From positions 29,512,001-29,576,000 of the forward strand of contig CM022673.1 in assembly GCA_012295275.1 (NCBI GenBank): a stretch of DNA of 64,000 bases, given 5' to 3'. The notes beneath the pieces are model-generated. The model saw only the letters and a program-made list of their open reading frames with translations, did not search any database and was not told the DNA's origin. This DNA comes from Chrysomallon squamiferum (Eukaryota; Animalia; Mollusca). Each line of letters begins with the position of its first letter. The first letter of the stretch is position 1. The translations under genes and the position numbers were made by a program. Of this stretch, positions 14,191 through 26,161 are shown one piece after another.

Positions 14191-17100
14191 GTGTGTGTGT
14201 ATGTCTAATATAGTAAGATAACAATGACTATTTAAAACCTTATAAAATGAAAACAAAAAGTCATTTATCATCACATAACTACTAGTATAATATATATCTT
14301 AAATTTTATTTGTGAAATTTAGAGATAAATAAATGTTTTTTAAATCAAACTAAATTTAAAACTAAACAAGTACTGGTCACACCTGCGTATCTAAGACAAT
14401 TAATTTACAAAAAATGTCTTTTAAAGAAAGCAAATGATTAAAATGAATATTAAAATGAGACATATTGATCAAAATGAAATGATAACAGTTTATTGATCAG
14501 TGTGTTGAAAATAAATCTGAGTGGTTATTGGTGAGAGTATTTGACAAACATCTGTGTGTGCTGCTGACACGCAGTCCGACAAGTCTCAGTTGAGCACCCA
14601 GTCTGTGAGGACGCTGGTGACATTAGGCTCTGTCTGCAGTTTAATTTTAGTTCCCCGACGTCCAATTAGGGACGTGGAAAGTGCTCGGAGGTGGTGAAAT
14701 CTGGTTAACATGATGTGGCTTCAACATAATTGTCTGATTGGTTCTGTCAGAGTCACTCTGAGTGCTTGTTAGTTGCCAGTAGATTGCCCCTGAGCTGACA
14801 CGCTCACTAAATCAGAGGTGTAGCATGTCATTCAACTCCACCTCACAGCCCAGGGGCATCAGTTTGTTGAGAGGTGTAAAATTATTTATGAAAGAAATTT
14901 GTTTCCATTTCTTGGTGTATACAGATTGCATGTTTTATACTTAAAACCTCGTTACACTTAAATCTTTTCAGTAACTATGAACTTTTAAAAAAAATATATA
15001 AATCAGCTTTAGCTGGTTTTTGCACGTTATTTGATAATGCAGATTGCCATTACTTAAAAACCCTCTCCAATTAAAAAAATTCCTTTCCTGAAGCACACAA
15101 TAAGCTGTTATTTGCATCCTCATTTGACTGAAATATCTTTTCAGTATAATTCAAGATAAATCTTTTCAGTTCCTGATGCCTTGAATCTGATGTTAAACTT
15201 AATATCCTACTCTCTCCCAAAAAAAAATCCTTTTCATTATGCTTGAAATAATTTTTTCATTACACTTACAAAAAAAGTCTTTTCAGTGTATGACAATTTT
15301 ATTTGATTCTGTGTGACCTTCAGATCACTTGGGATGTTTCTCACAGAATAAGAATCAGATGATAACTACCTTGTTCTTCACCAATTACTGCTGATAAATT
15401 TCTCTGGGTTTATCAAAAATCCCACAGAAAATCTGCTTTGTGTTGTTTTGTGGGAAAATGGTTTCATTAGTGAAAATAGACTTTAAAAAAATTTAAGAAT
15501 TCCATCACATTCTACTTCATTCTGTCAGATTTATTATGTACTGCTGAGCTAAGGTTGTAAAACAAGCAGGTTTTTTTTCCCCAAGTCAATCTTGTCTGTA
15601 ATTACTTCCCTTGTTTACCTGCCATTCAATATGTTTTATTATTCTCAACATGTCAGAAGCTGGCAATAGCTAATATCTATAGATATATGCACCATCTGTG
15701 CAAATATTGCAAAACTAACAACTTGAGAGACAAAATTTGCAGTGCACTCTTATCACAAGATGTTGAGATATATGGAGAAATTTTAAAAATGGATAGTTTA
15801 TACATCATGTTGAATTAATGTTCATGTTAAATTTTTTTTTTTTCATGTTTTATCATCATCATCATTATATTGTTTTAGATTTTTTTTATTATTAACAATA
15901 ATTTTATGACTATAATAATAATGACTGCTACTACTACCACTGTACTACATTTACTATTACATTTATTATCTACTGTTATTACTATTGAAATTATTATTAC
16001 TACTACTACAACTACTACTACCACAATTATTATTAACATTACTGTATTAATTATAGTTTCTACTAGTATTACCATTACTGTCATCATTCATCATTATCGC
16101 CACCTAATTAACTATTTAAAAATTTAAAATAACTTTATGTATATATAATATGAGGAAACAAAAATGCATGCACTTACATCTTGAAGTAAAAAATAAAAAA
16201 AATAAAAAAAACAATCTATTAATCTAGTTTTCACAGTAGTCTTCATTAAGACAGATGGTGATTCAGTGTTTGCTAAATTTTAACTTGACAGATGGTAAGA
16301 TGGTTTTTCTTTTATAAAACAAATTACTTTGTTGGTTGTTTTCAGCCTAACAAAACATTCGTGTCATGTTAGAGTGATTGAATGCCCAAAGCAAACACGT
16401 TGTTACCACACAGAATTAAACTCTTGTTTTAGTTAACTTGGTAAAAATATTAATTTCTTATTTTTTTGTTTTTTTTTTGTTTATTTCATTTTGTTTTATA
16501 ATTAAAGAAATGAAAGAAACCGAGCTTGACAAAACATTTAAATTATCAAGTGTTTTTTGTTTTGTTGCTTTATAATTAGGAAGGTAAACAAAACACAGAG
16601 CTGACATAATATTTAACTTGTTAAGAGGATTTATAAAAAAAAAGTTTTAAACTTTTCTTTCAGTTTATTCAAGTTTAGCGACTCTTAAATCAATTAATTT
16701 TTTTTTTTAAATATTTCTGTTTGAAGTTTTTGTTTAATTAAAAAGTTGAGTAACATAACAATTTTAAATCATTCTTTTTGTTTAGTAAACAAAAAATTAT
16801 GCTCATTATATTTGTTCTTTGAAGTTGTTTTATGATAAGAAAGGTGAATAAAATATATAACATTAAAGACTTGATGAACTAGAAATAACCTCAACAATAT
16901 TAAGTTTGTAATACTTTATTTTCTTGACATTTGTAACCTGTCTTATAACTGGATGAGTGAAATACAAGTGTTTTGCTAAGTTAAGTGGCTTTTTCTTATT
17001 TTTTTGATTAGACAGTTGTTGGATAATTAATGAGACTGAAACCATATCCTGACAGTTCTATATCTTTAAAACCAACTAACTCCAGTCACAGGAAGCCATG

Positions 17101-20100
17101 ATCAGTGAAACATTTATGAAAAATGTTCAGAAAGGAGTTATGCCTTCCAAACATCTTACTTGATAGAAGTCAAACACAAAGTCAACAAAAATAAAACCAA
17201 ATAGGCTTGCTGAAGGCTAGCTCTTTGATTAGACATGTAGTCATATTTAATTAATATTGTCTTGAGATATTTCATAGGATCACTTCACCTTGGTGTAACC
17301 ACTGGATTATTCCCCATTCCACCCAGTACACTCACTAAAGCCCCTTCAACAAAATATTTGTAATCTGTTTAGCAGCAAACAAATATTTGACGATGATATC
17401 TCCATAAAGAAGACCACAGAGCATTAGTTAGAACTGGAAATTACACAGATAAAATTTTGAGTAGAACCGATCAGATTGTCTTATGACACTTTAGATGAGC
17501 TCTTTATCATCTCTACTAACCACCAGACCAAAGTTGTTTGTCTAACACAGACAAATATGCGGATTGGGTAATTTTGATGTGCTTCCATCAGAGAATGTTT
17601 CAAAATGTGGTCTGTATTCTAACATTTATTTTGATGGTTTCAGTATATGGAATGTGTTATGATATTTAATTAATATTTGTTTATTAAAATCTATTTTGTT
17701 TCTTTCAGATTGTCAGTCCTTATGTAGATGCTATAAAGGCAGACAGCTTTGAGTACGTTGCAGCACCTGATAATCTCCATGGTGCCTTCACATGGAGACT
17801 TGAGTTTGTGTGGAAGGGAATACCTCCACAGGTAGTCCAGAACAGAAAATCTTCAGCAGATCCTATCAAGTAAGTACAAGTAACTGTCAGAATTGTACCT
17901 ACTGTACCAAACTCAAAATTACTGTGTTTGAAAAACACAGTACACTGTCAGTTATTATTAGTAATTAATGTTATTCATTATACAACAATCAGTAAAAGAA
18001 GATGACATAAATTATGTCAAAAACAGTAAATGGAGATGATAAAAATTATGTCAAAATCAATAAATGAAGATGACATGAAGTACGCCAAAATCAGTAAATG
18101 AAGATGATGTAAAGTATGCCAAAATCAGTAAATGAAGATGATGTAAAGTATGCCAAAATCAATAAATGAAAATCACACGAAGTATGCCAAAATCAGTAAA
18201 TGAAGATGATAGAAAGTATGCCAAAATCAGTAAATGAAGATGATATAAATTATGCCAAAATCAGTAAATGAAGATCACACGAAGTATGCCAAAATCAGTA
18301 AATGAAGATGATGTAAAGTATGCCAAAATCAGTAAATGAAGATGATGAAAGTATGCCAAAATCAGTAAATGAAGATGATATAAATTATGCCAAAATCAGT
18401 AAATGAAGATCACAAAGTATGCCAAAATCAGTAAATGAAGATGATGTAAAGTATGCCAAAATCAGTAAATGAAGATGATAGAAAGTATGCCAAAATCAGT
18501 AAATGAAGATGATATAAATTATGCCAAAATCAGTAAATGAAGATGAGAGAAAGTATGCCAAAATCAGAAAATGAAGATGATATAAATTATGCCAAAATCA
18601 GTAAATGTTTTAATTATGGCTATTATTATCAGTAAATAATTTTATTCATTAATTCAGTAAATGATAAGGATATAATGTATTACAAAATCAGTAAAACCAA
18701 AAAGGTGTAAATTATATTAAAATTCAGTAAAGGAAACTGTTTATGATTTATGATGCACATTATGCCATTATCAGTAAATGAAGTTATTTTGTGTGATATA
18801 AATAAAAACAAAATGAATAAATAAACAGTTTTATATGATATACAGTGTATCTAAATCAGTAAATAAAATTTTGTATTATATAACTTACATGAAAATGACA
18901 AAATGAATGTCTAGTATTCATGATACCAAAATCATTTTATCAATTTTTTATATGATATAAATTTTCCCAAAAATCAGTAAATGATATTCATTATAGTACA
19001 GTAAGTGAATGAAGTGTTTTTGTGTTGTCTAGGCTGTGTTTTGTGTGATATAAATGATGCCCTGGGATTTGGAACTGTGTAACATGAGTTATGATGACTG
19101 TTTTGACATGCAGACCAACTGATCTGTAATTACTCAACCAGTAACATATCTCTTACACAAACAGAAACATTTCCCAGCAGTTAATCAAAGACTGGTGACA
19201 AATATTTACATACCTCAGACAATAGCCCTGACTCAGGTAACACAAAACAGACTATTACAAGAACATTAATTCTTTTGGCTAAATCCAGAAGTAGTTCTTA
19301 AACAGCCTTCATCTGCTGAAAGTTTTGTGAGAATATTTATATAACACACACAGTAGTATTCATCTACATAACACTAAATGGTTGAATTGTAACCATTACT
19401 TCAAATAATGGTAAAACAAACCATTGCATTAAAGTACAGTTCCATTATTTCTACACTAAACAAACAGTAACAATGATATTCATCAATCTCAAGTAAAACA
19501 AACCATCACATGAAAGTACATTTCCATTGTTTTTACATTGACCAAACAGTTATGTCTATAATCATTTTTGCATTAAGGAAACATCATGTGTTATAATAAA
19601 GGATATTTCCACTGGGATTTTTTAAAACACAATCATCTTTTATCATTTTTACATTAAATAATACATAATAATAATAACTATTTTTAACACAGACAAACAT
19701 TAGAGTAAATTAGCTTTATTTTATCATTTAACACCAAAGTCACTGGATCATTTTCTATCCAACTGACTTTACTGAGACTCATTTATTAAAAGTCATGTTA
19801 TTTGATTTTATCTCTGTGTAAAGGTGCATATAATGACAGTCAACAATAAAAGATACTTTGCTGGTGATTAGTAAAAGTATCCTTAGTAGCAAGTTTCAAA
19901 TCTCAAACTACCATTATGAAAAAAAAAAAAAAAAATATGCATGATTCTTAACTGAGAAATTTAGTTGGTAAAAATTATTGTTGTAAAGTTTAAATTTGAA
20001 GGTTATATTTGACACTTAATAAGTGTTATTGTTAAAATAATCCTTGCTGTTAATTAGCCATCATATTTGCAGAAATAATTGAAGGAGATTATATTTGACT

Positions 20101-21322
20101 TAATAAATGTTAATAATAAAAGATTCCTTGCTGCTAAATTGCAGAAGCAGTCCTTGAAGTGGTGATAGTAAATTTCAACTCTCATAACTGATGTTATAAA
20201 ACTTATATTTGACACCTAATAGCCATTAATAATAATATATGTTGAGATGTCTATTAAACAAACATTCATTCATTTTTCTATTTTTACAGATCTCCTGTTA
20301 TCAGTGGTGGGCTGTTTGCAGTGAACAAAGATTTCTTTTTCTCTCTGGGGTCCTATGATGAAAACATGGAGATATGGGGAGGAGAAAACCTGGAACTCTC
20401 ATTTAGGGTATGAAGATATTATTTACTAATTAGTGGGCTGAGTTTTCAACAACTCTGATACACTTTACAAAATGTTCTTGCAAGAGAGAAATGCATATGT
20501 TGTTTTGTATTCATCTAGTTAAAATTTATATTTCTTAACCTTTGTAAAAGTCTAAATACAAATTTATATTGTTCTGTGTTATTGTTTTGTTTACTGGTAC
20601 TTATATTTAGTTCATTTTGTGTTTATTTGATGATATTATGGAGATCAGTTTTTGATAATAACATTTTGATAAAATATTTTGCTTTTGGCAAATGGTAAAA
20701 TGATACTAAAAGACTGATACTAAAAAGAGTTTGTTAAATTTTTTTTCATTGACAAATTTTAAATTTTCCAAGTTTGTTAATTAGGCTTTTTAATGACCTT
20801 CACATTGCCTAGATTACTTGCACTAAATTAACTATTTGTTTATAAACATAATTATTTTAATTTTACTGTATTTTTAATGATATTACAGACATGGATGTGT
20901 GGGGGATCCATGGAAATACTTCCATGTTCTCGTGTTGGGCATGTTTTCCGAAATCTTCTTCCATACAAGTTTCCTGGTGATGGGCAGATGACTCTGCTCA
21001 GAAATCTCGGTCGAGTTGCTGAAGTCTGGATGGATGATTATAAAGAATACTTTTTTTCAGCTGTGGTCAGTTTATTTTTTTTTTTTTTTTTTTATTGTTT
21101 TGAAGGTTTTGGTGGCTAATGGTGTTGGTGGTGGTCTTTTATTTTGTTCCAAGTGTTCCTTTCAGTATTTTGCAACCAACAGACAAAGAAAGTTAATCTG
21201 TATCTGGCAATAAATTACAATTCTTTGCTTGTGTCATCTTGCAGATTAAAAATTAACTTTAGCAGCAGCAACAACAATAACAACAATAAAAATAACAATC
21301 ACGGTGACCATAATCACCTCAC

Positions 21323-21371
<49 letters not shown>

Positions 21372-23118
21372 GTAACAGTTACAATAATAATAATAAAAAC
21401 AGTTTCATTAGTTACCAAACTAATAATAACAACAACAACAAAGCTGTAACACTGACAGTCATAAAACAACTGATGATAATTGTTACAGGATTTTCCTAAA
21501 GCTGTGAAGCTAGGTGAGCTCAGAGCCCGACATCAGCTGAGGAGAGATCTGCAGTGTCAGTCATTCCAGTGGTATCTTGATAATGTCATTCCAGAACTTG
21601 CTGTTCCTCCAACTAACGCCATTGTCTTTGGGGAGGTAAATAATGTTGCTAGTTTGTTGTTTTTTTCTTCAGCTTGGTTCATCATTCATAACCAGCAATA
21701 TATCAGAGTCTTTTTTCTTCATCTTCCTTCTGAGTATGTTAGAAATTCTCTACATGTACTGTTTATCAATCAAAACAGGAATTGTTGTTTTGTTTGTTGT
21801 TTTTTCTGATTTTTTGTAAGCTATAACTCAAAGTAATGGTCTTTCTTGAGATCATCATTCATTAAAAAAATTTTAAAAGAAAAGAGAATCAGAAGGAAAA
21901 AAAGTCAAAGAAATGATCGAGATAAAATTAGTTTTAATTATCAGCAAAAATTAAGAAATGTCTTAAAAGAAAAATCAAATTATTTTTTGATTTTCTAAAG
22001 AGAGAAGTCACTTTTAAGTAATATAAATTAAAAAAAATAATAAGATCAAAAATTAATTAAATAAAATAAATAAAATACACATTAATTTTATTTAAAATTT
22101 CCCTTTTCACAGATGTGATATTCAAATAAAATCAACTAGCAAAAAGCAAGAGATCTGTTTACATAAATAAAACATGATCGTGAATTACATTTAACTAGAC
22201 TGTTATTTTATTAATGAAATGTTTGCTCCATTTATAACCACTATAACAAATGATCATGAAATTGAAATTTAAACACATAAATTTCATTTTCTTTTAAATA
22301 ATAATTATAAAAACAAACAAACAAACAACTATTAAACCTCTCTTTCTTTTGCTTTTGTTTTTTAATAATTCAAAAATAAAACACAAAATCAGATTTTATG
22401 AAACAACTGAAATTAACTGACATGTACAAATTTATTTCACTGTTCTGTTTCAGTTCCGTAACCGAGCGTCTTTGATATGTTTGACTTCTGTAGAGAAGTC
22501 AGCAGGGCAGATAGATCTGGAAATGGCTGCTTGTCTGGGTGACTCCCCAAAACAGGTGTGTGATATTTTATTTAAACAATGACAATGACAACAATGTCAA
22601 TCTAAGTTGAAGCACAGGCATTTAAAACATAAAGTTGATCTTTTGTTTAATTTATTACATCCAAAAGTCTGATGTTTTAGGTTTTTGTTGTTTTAAATTA
22701 CTAATTAAAATTAAATTAATATCCTTTAGTTAGTCTTAGTTTAATAAATACATATACTTACATACATACATACATATGTTTTAAATGACATATACAACTG
22801 TTATTTTATTAAATGATTTAATTTTACTTTGCAGCTTTCCTATATTACCACTGATAGTTTATTCCATCATGGTTCAGGTTGCCTGGTAACAGCCCCTAAT
22901 AAGGGTTTGGCACTAGGACCCTGTGGACATCATCAGTGGCTCTTGTTTGTAAGTATAGATTTTATTTTTTTATTATTATTTCTATTTGTTTATTTATCAT
23001 CATCATCATAATCATTATAATCATCATTCATCATCATTAGTATTATTATTTTCATCATTATTATTTTCTTCTTTTTTATTTTATTTATTTATTTATTTAC
23101 TTATTTATTTATTTTATA

Positions 23119-23161
<43 letters not shown>

Positions 23162-24089
23162 TTGTATTTTTGTACTATTGAAAGAAATATTTCAACAAAG
23201 AGAAAGCAAGTTGATGTTAAATATGACTGTTTTGTTTTGAGTGGCAGTTTTCTATTTAACATCATGTTACAGTCTCTGATTCTCTCATATCACATCTCAA
23301 AATATCTGACTTGTAGCAGCTGTACAAATAAGCACTTTAATGTACAGAAATAGTAGCTAGACCAGAATATCAAATACATTTCTGTGATGACTGATACAAG
23401 TCAAACCTGGTCTTTTGGCAATGGGTTTATATTTATATATACCTGTGTTTGTAATTATACTAATGTAAACAGTATAAAAAATATGTGTGTGTGTGTGTGT
23501 GTGTGTGTATATTTATTTATGTTTACTCACATACACAGACACATAAATATATTACAGAAAATGTTATAAGAATATCCACATGTAATAATATGAAGTAAGA
23601 AAGTTCTCTTTTTTATTAGTGTGTTGTTGCATTCTTGTTTTGGGTGTTTTTTTTTTTTTTCTTTCAGGTAGCACTTAATATGCTTCTAATCAGAGAAAAA
23701 CATGTAACAGTAATTAGATATATCCAGAGCAGTTTAAATTGTTACAACTGTAATTACAGGCACAACAGTAGATGCTAGATATAACAAAGCAATTTTAATT
23801 TTGCTAGAATTAAATAAGAATCAAAACAAATATCACTGTAATTAGATAAAATCTAGCAATGTTAATTTTGCTAGAGTTGTGTGTGACAGATAAGACTGAG
23901 AATGGTCACAGCTGATAGTTAACTGAATTGTTTCTGTTGCAGGAGAATCACATACAGCTGAACGGGACAGAGCTGTGTGTTACCAGTGTGGACAATGAGT
24001 ATGTGGCCTTACAGCAGTGCTCAAGAGAAAACATCTCTCAGATGTGGGACATGACATACCATTTCAGAAGAAAACAGATTAGTGTCTGA
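2346..24089 (+). CDS. GALNT: Polypeptide N-acetylgalactosaminyltransferase (GT27 catalytic domain plus C-terminal ricin-type lectin domain), 5'-partial, 10 exons in the window
   Basis: Exons 2346-2515, 5169-5273, 11972-12081, 17709-17869, 20290-20407, 20889-21065, 21489-21635, 22454-22555, 22835-22948, 23943-24089. All introns are GT-AG and phases are consistent. Translation gives [16 protein letters not shown]...[38 protein letters not shown] (DxH motif), [49 protein letters not shown] and [11 protein letters not shown], ending in TGA at 24087-24089. The N-terminal TM/stem exons were not found and presumably lie upstream of the window. The paralog number cannot be assigned. Confidence 0.95.
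2571..2755. repeat. ~85-bp tandem duplication (about 2.2 copies)
   Basis: AACTGTTA(G/A)(C/T)TGTCTAAAAA..TTTA.A.ATTTAAAACAT...TTTATCTTTCAA.AG.ATTTAAACT...GTCATA.TCTTT is repeated. Confidence 0.8.
11035..11320. repeat. Degenerate ~80-100-bp tandem repeat (3 copies)
   Basis: ATTAATCTTTAAAT(T)GT...TTATCTGAAAAC...ATTTAATGAC occurs at about 11040, 11121 and 11224. Confidence 0.75.
12780..13100 (+). mobile_element. Old SINE-like dispersed repeat copy
   Basis: Shares the core TAGCAG..TGC(A/C)..CC...ACAGGAA..A(C/T)A(T)A(C/T)CAC...TTTGA.AAA with copies at 25511-25556 and 62028-62096, and ends in CCACTGAGCTACATC. The SINE assignment is an inference. Confidence 0.5.
13925..14250 (-). repeat. Inverted copy 2 of the same dispersed repeat, plus a compound CT-rich (CTCTTTCACC) array
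   Basis: (CT)n at 14102-14188, then (TG)n and TGTCTAATATAGTAAGATAACAATGACTATTTAAAACCTTATAAAATG, which is the reverse complement of the 100-152 head. Confidence 0.85.
17985..18607. repeat. 34-bp minisatellite (about 18 units) in a GALNT intron, with degenerate copies continuing to about 19000
   Basis: Unit AAAATCAGTAAATGAAGATGATGTAAAGTATGCC, with variants starting at 18087, 18121, 18155, 18189, 18223, 18257, 18291 and onward to 18594. Confidence 0.95.
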
Positions 24090-25504
24090 CATCATGTACA
24101 GTCTGATGTCGTGTACATTATCTGATGACATGAACAGTGTCCTTGTACTATGACATCAAGTCTATTATCTGACATGTACAGTGTCTGGCATCATTTTATG
24201 CCATGATAATTAAAGTAGTGTGATGACCTATCTGATACCTGACACAGATTCAGTCTTGCTGATGTTTGTAGATTTGCAAAACTGACATTCACGCACATCA
24301 TAATTTCACAATGTGAAAACTTGGCATCTGGTAAAAGCAAGTAATGTGTATTAATCTTCACATTATCAAAGCTGGACAAAACAGACACTATGGTGTTAAA
24401 CCAATAAACACAGAGGTGAAAGAGTGGAAACAGAAAAACAAACTGGCTAGGAGAACTGGTATGATTGTTCTGCAGTCAAAAATAACCAGCCATGGCTTTT
24501 TGATTTGTTTTGTTGTTGGATTCTTGTATGATAATGCAGTAAAATATCTAATTCTTGAAATAAAAAATGGCAGAAAAGCTCCCAAATAAAAAAGTAAAAA
24601 GAACATAAATTCAAAATTAAGAGACAAGACAAACCTGCTTTCAAAATTAAACAGATTTTCATTCATTTCTTAAGAATAAAAACAAAAGATTCTTTTGATC
24701 TATGAAGTTGTTAAAGAAATCAAATTCTGAACACATATTAATTAGGCACTTTTAGATATCAAAACAGATGTAACAGATAAAATCCAAAGAAACCCAAAAT
24801 GTTTATAATGGAAAAATATCTTTGAGTCTTTATAAAAATTTTAATATCAAGTAAGTCATATTCCTCAAGCAGTTATCTGTTTAATGTTTATAGATTTGAT
24901 TCTTATGGTTTAGACTTACAAAATAAATTCTAGGTTGAAGACTCTGCTTCAGATAATGTAGTTTAACCCTTGACTTTATATTCAGAAATAATCAGGAGTT
25001 TGATTTAGAATGGGAAAATACAGTTGACCAGGTGCTACAAGTCAAAAGACTCTAATATATTTATTGTGATAATCATGAACTTTGACAATGATAATATTTA
25101 TATATGAATGCTCAAAATATCTATTAATATTTCTTTTTAATTATGATTCTTTTCTGGTACTGAAAGAATATTTTATGATGTTAATATGTGGTATTTTTAA
25201 TATATGTACATGTTGTAATTTATTATAATATTTATTATGTGAAATTTAAGATGGGCAACAGGGTACTGAAAATTTGTAAATCTTCATATTTCTAAATAAA
25301 ATTATATAACATTTGATTGGTGTTTTAATTTTATTATTATTGTTATTGTTATTATTATTATTATTATAGCATACATCCACTAACAGTAAACAAAACAAAC
25401 AAAAAAAGAATAAATAAATAAATATTTATATTTCATGAATCAATGTCCCTTAAATACCACTTCAGTATATTTTAATATGAATAGTTTTGATAACAACAAA
25501 TAGT

Positions 25505-25590
25505 TTTATATGCACCTACCCAGAGACAGAAAAAACATACCACAATCTTTGATAAATAAACCATGAGAGCTAGCGTAATTGGGAAATAGT
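25505..25590 (+). mobile_element. Old SINE-like dispersed repeat copy
   Basis: TGCACCTACCCAGAGACAGAAAAAACATACCACAATCTTTGATAAA aligns with TGCACCTACCCCAAGACAGGAAGGAACATACCATCTTTGATTAAA at 62051. Confidence 0.55.
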
Positions 25591-26123
25591 CAAATTACAG
25601 TTTTTTGTTATTTATTTTGGTCAAAAATGAAGTAAGACAAAATGTATGCAATCAACACAACAGTGTCATAGACAGAAAAGCACACTGCAAACTATGATAA
25701 ACTAGTAATGAGCCATTGGTTAGATCAGGAAATAATCTACCATTTCACAGTCAGTTTTTTATAATAATAATGAGAGTAAGACAAAATGTACACTTGCAAC
25801 AGCAAGCTTTTAAGGATTTGCAAATGTCTAAACAAAATAAACATGGTTTTTGCTGTCATCTTACATTAGTTTCATCTTTGTATTTCATTAATGCACAGTT
25901 AATACTCTGACTGATATCAAAAACAACACTGAGAGGACATATGTATCGGGTTCTGTTTGCAGAAGGCTTTTTTATTTTTATTTATATACTAGAGACACTT
26001 CACTGTTTTGAATTCATAATATGCTTCACTTACTGCACTTGTGTAAACTTGGTGATTATAAAGGGAATAACTTGTTATTAAGATAACAGCTTTACTCATT
26101 AAAGAAGTAACTTTGAACATGTT

Positions 26124-26161
<38 letters not shown>

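Noticed and set aside
17985-18607. CRISPR-like appearance of the 34-bp array
   Set aside because: Units are contiguous with only a few variable bases and no unique spacers. There are no cas genes, and the context is a eukaryotic intron.
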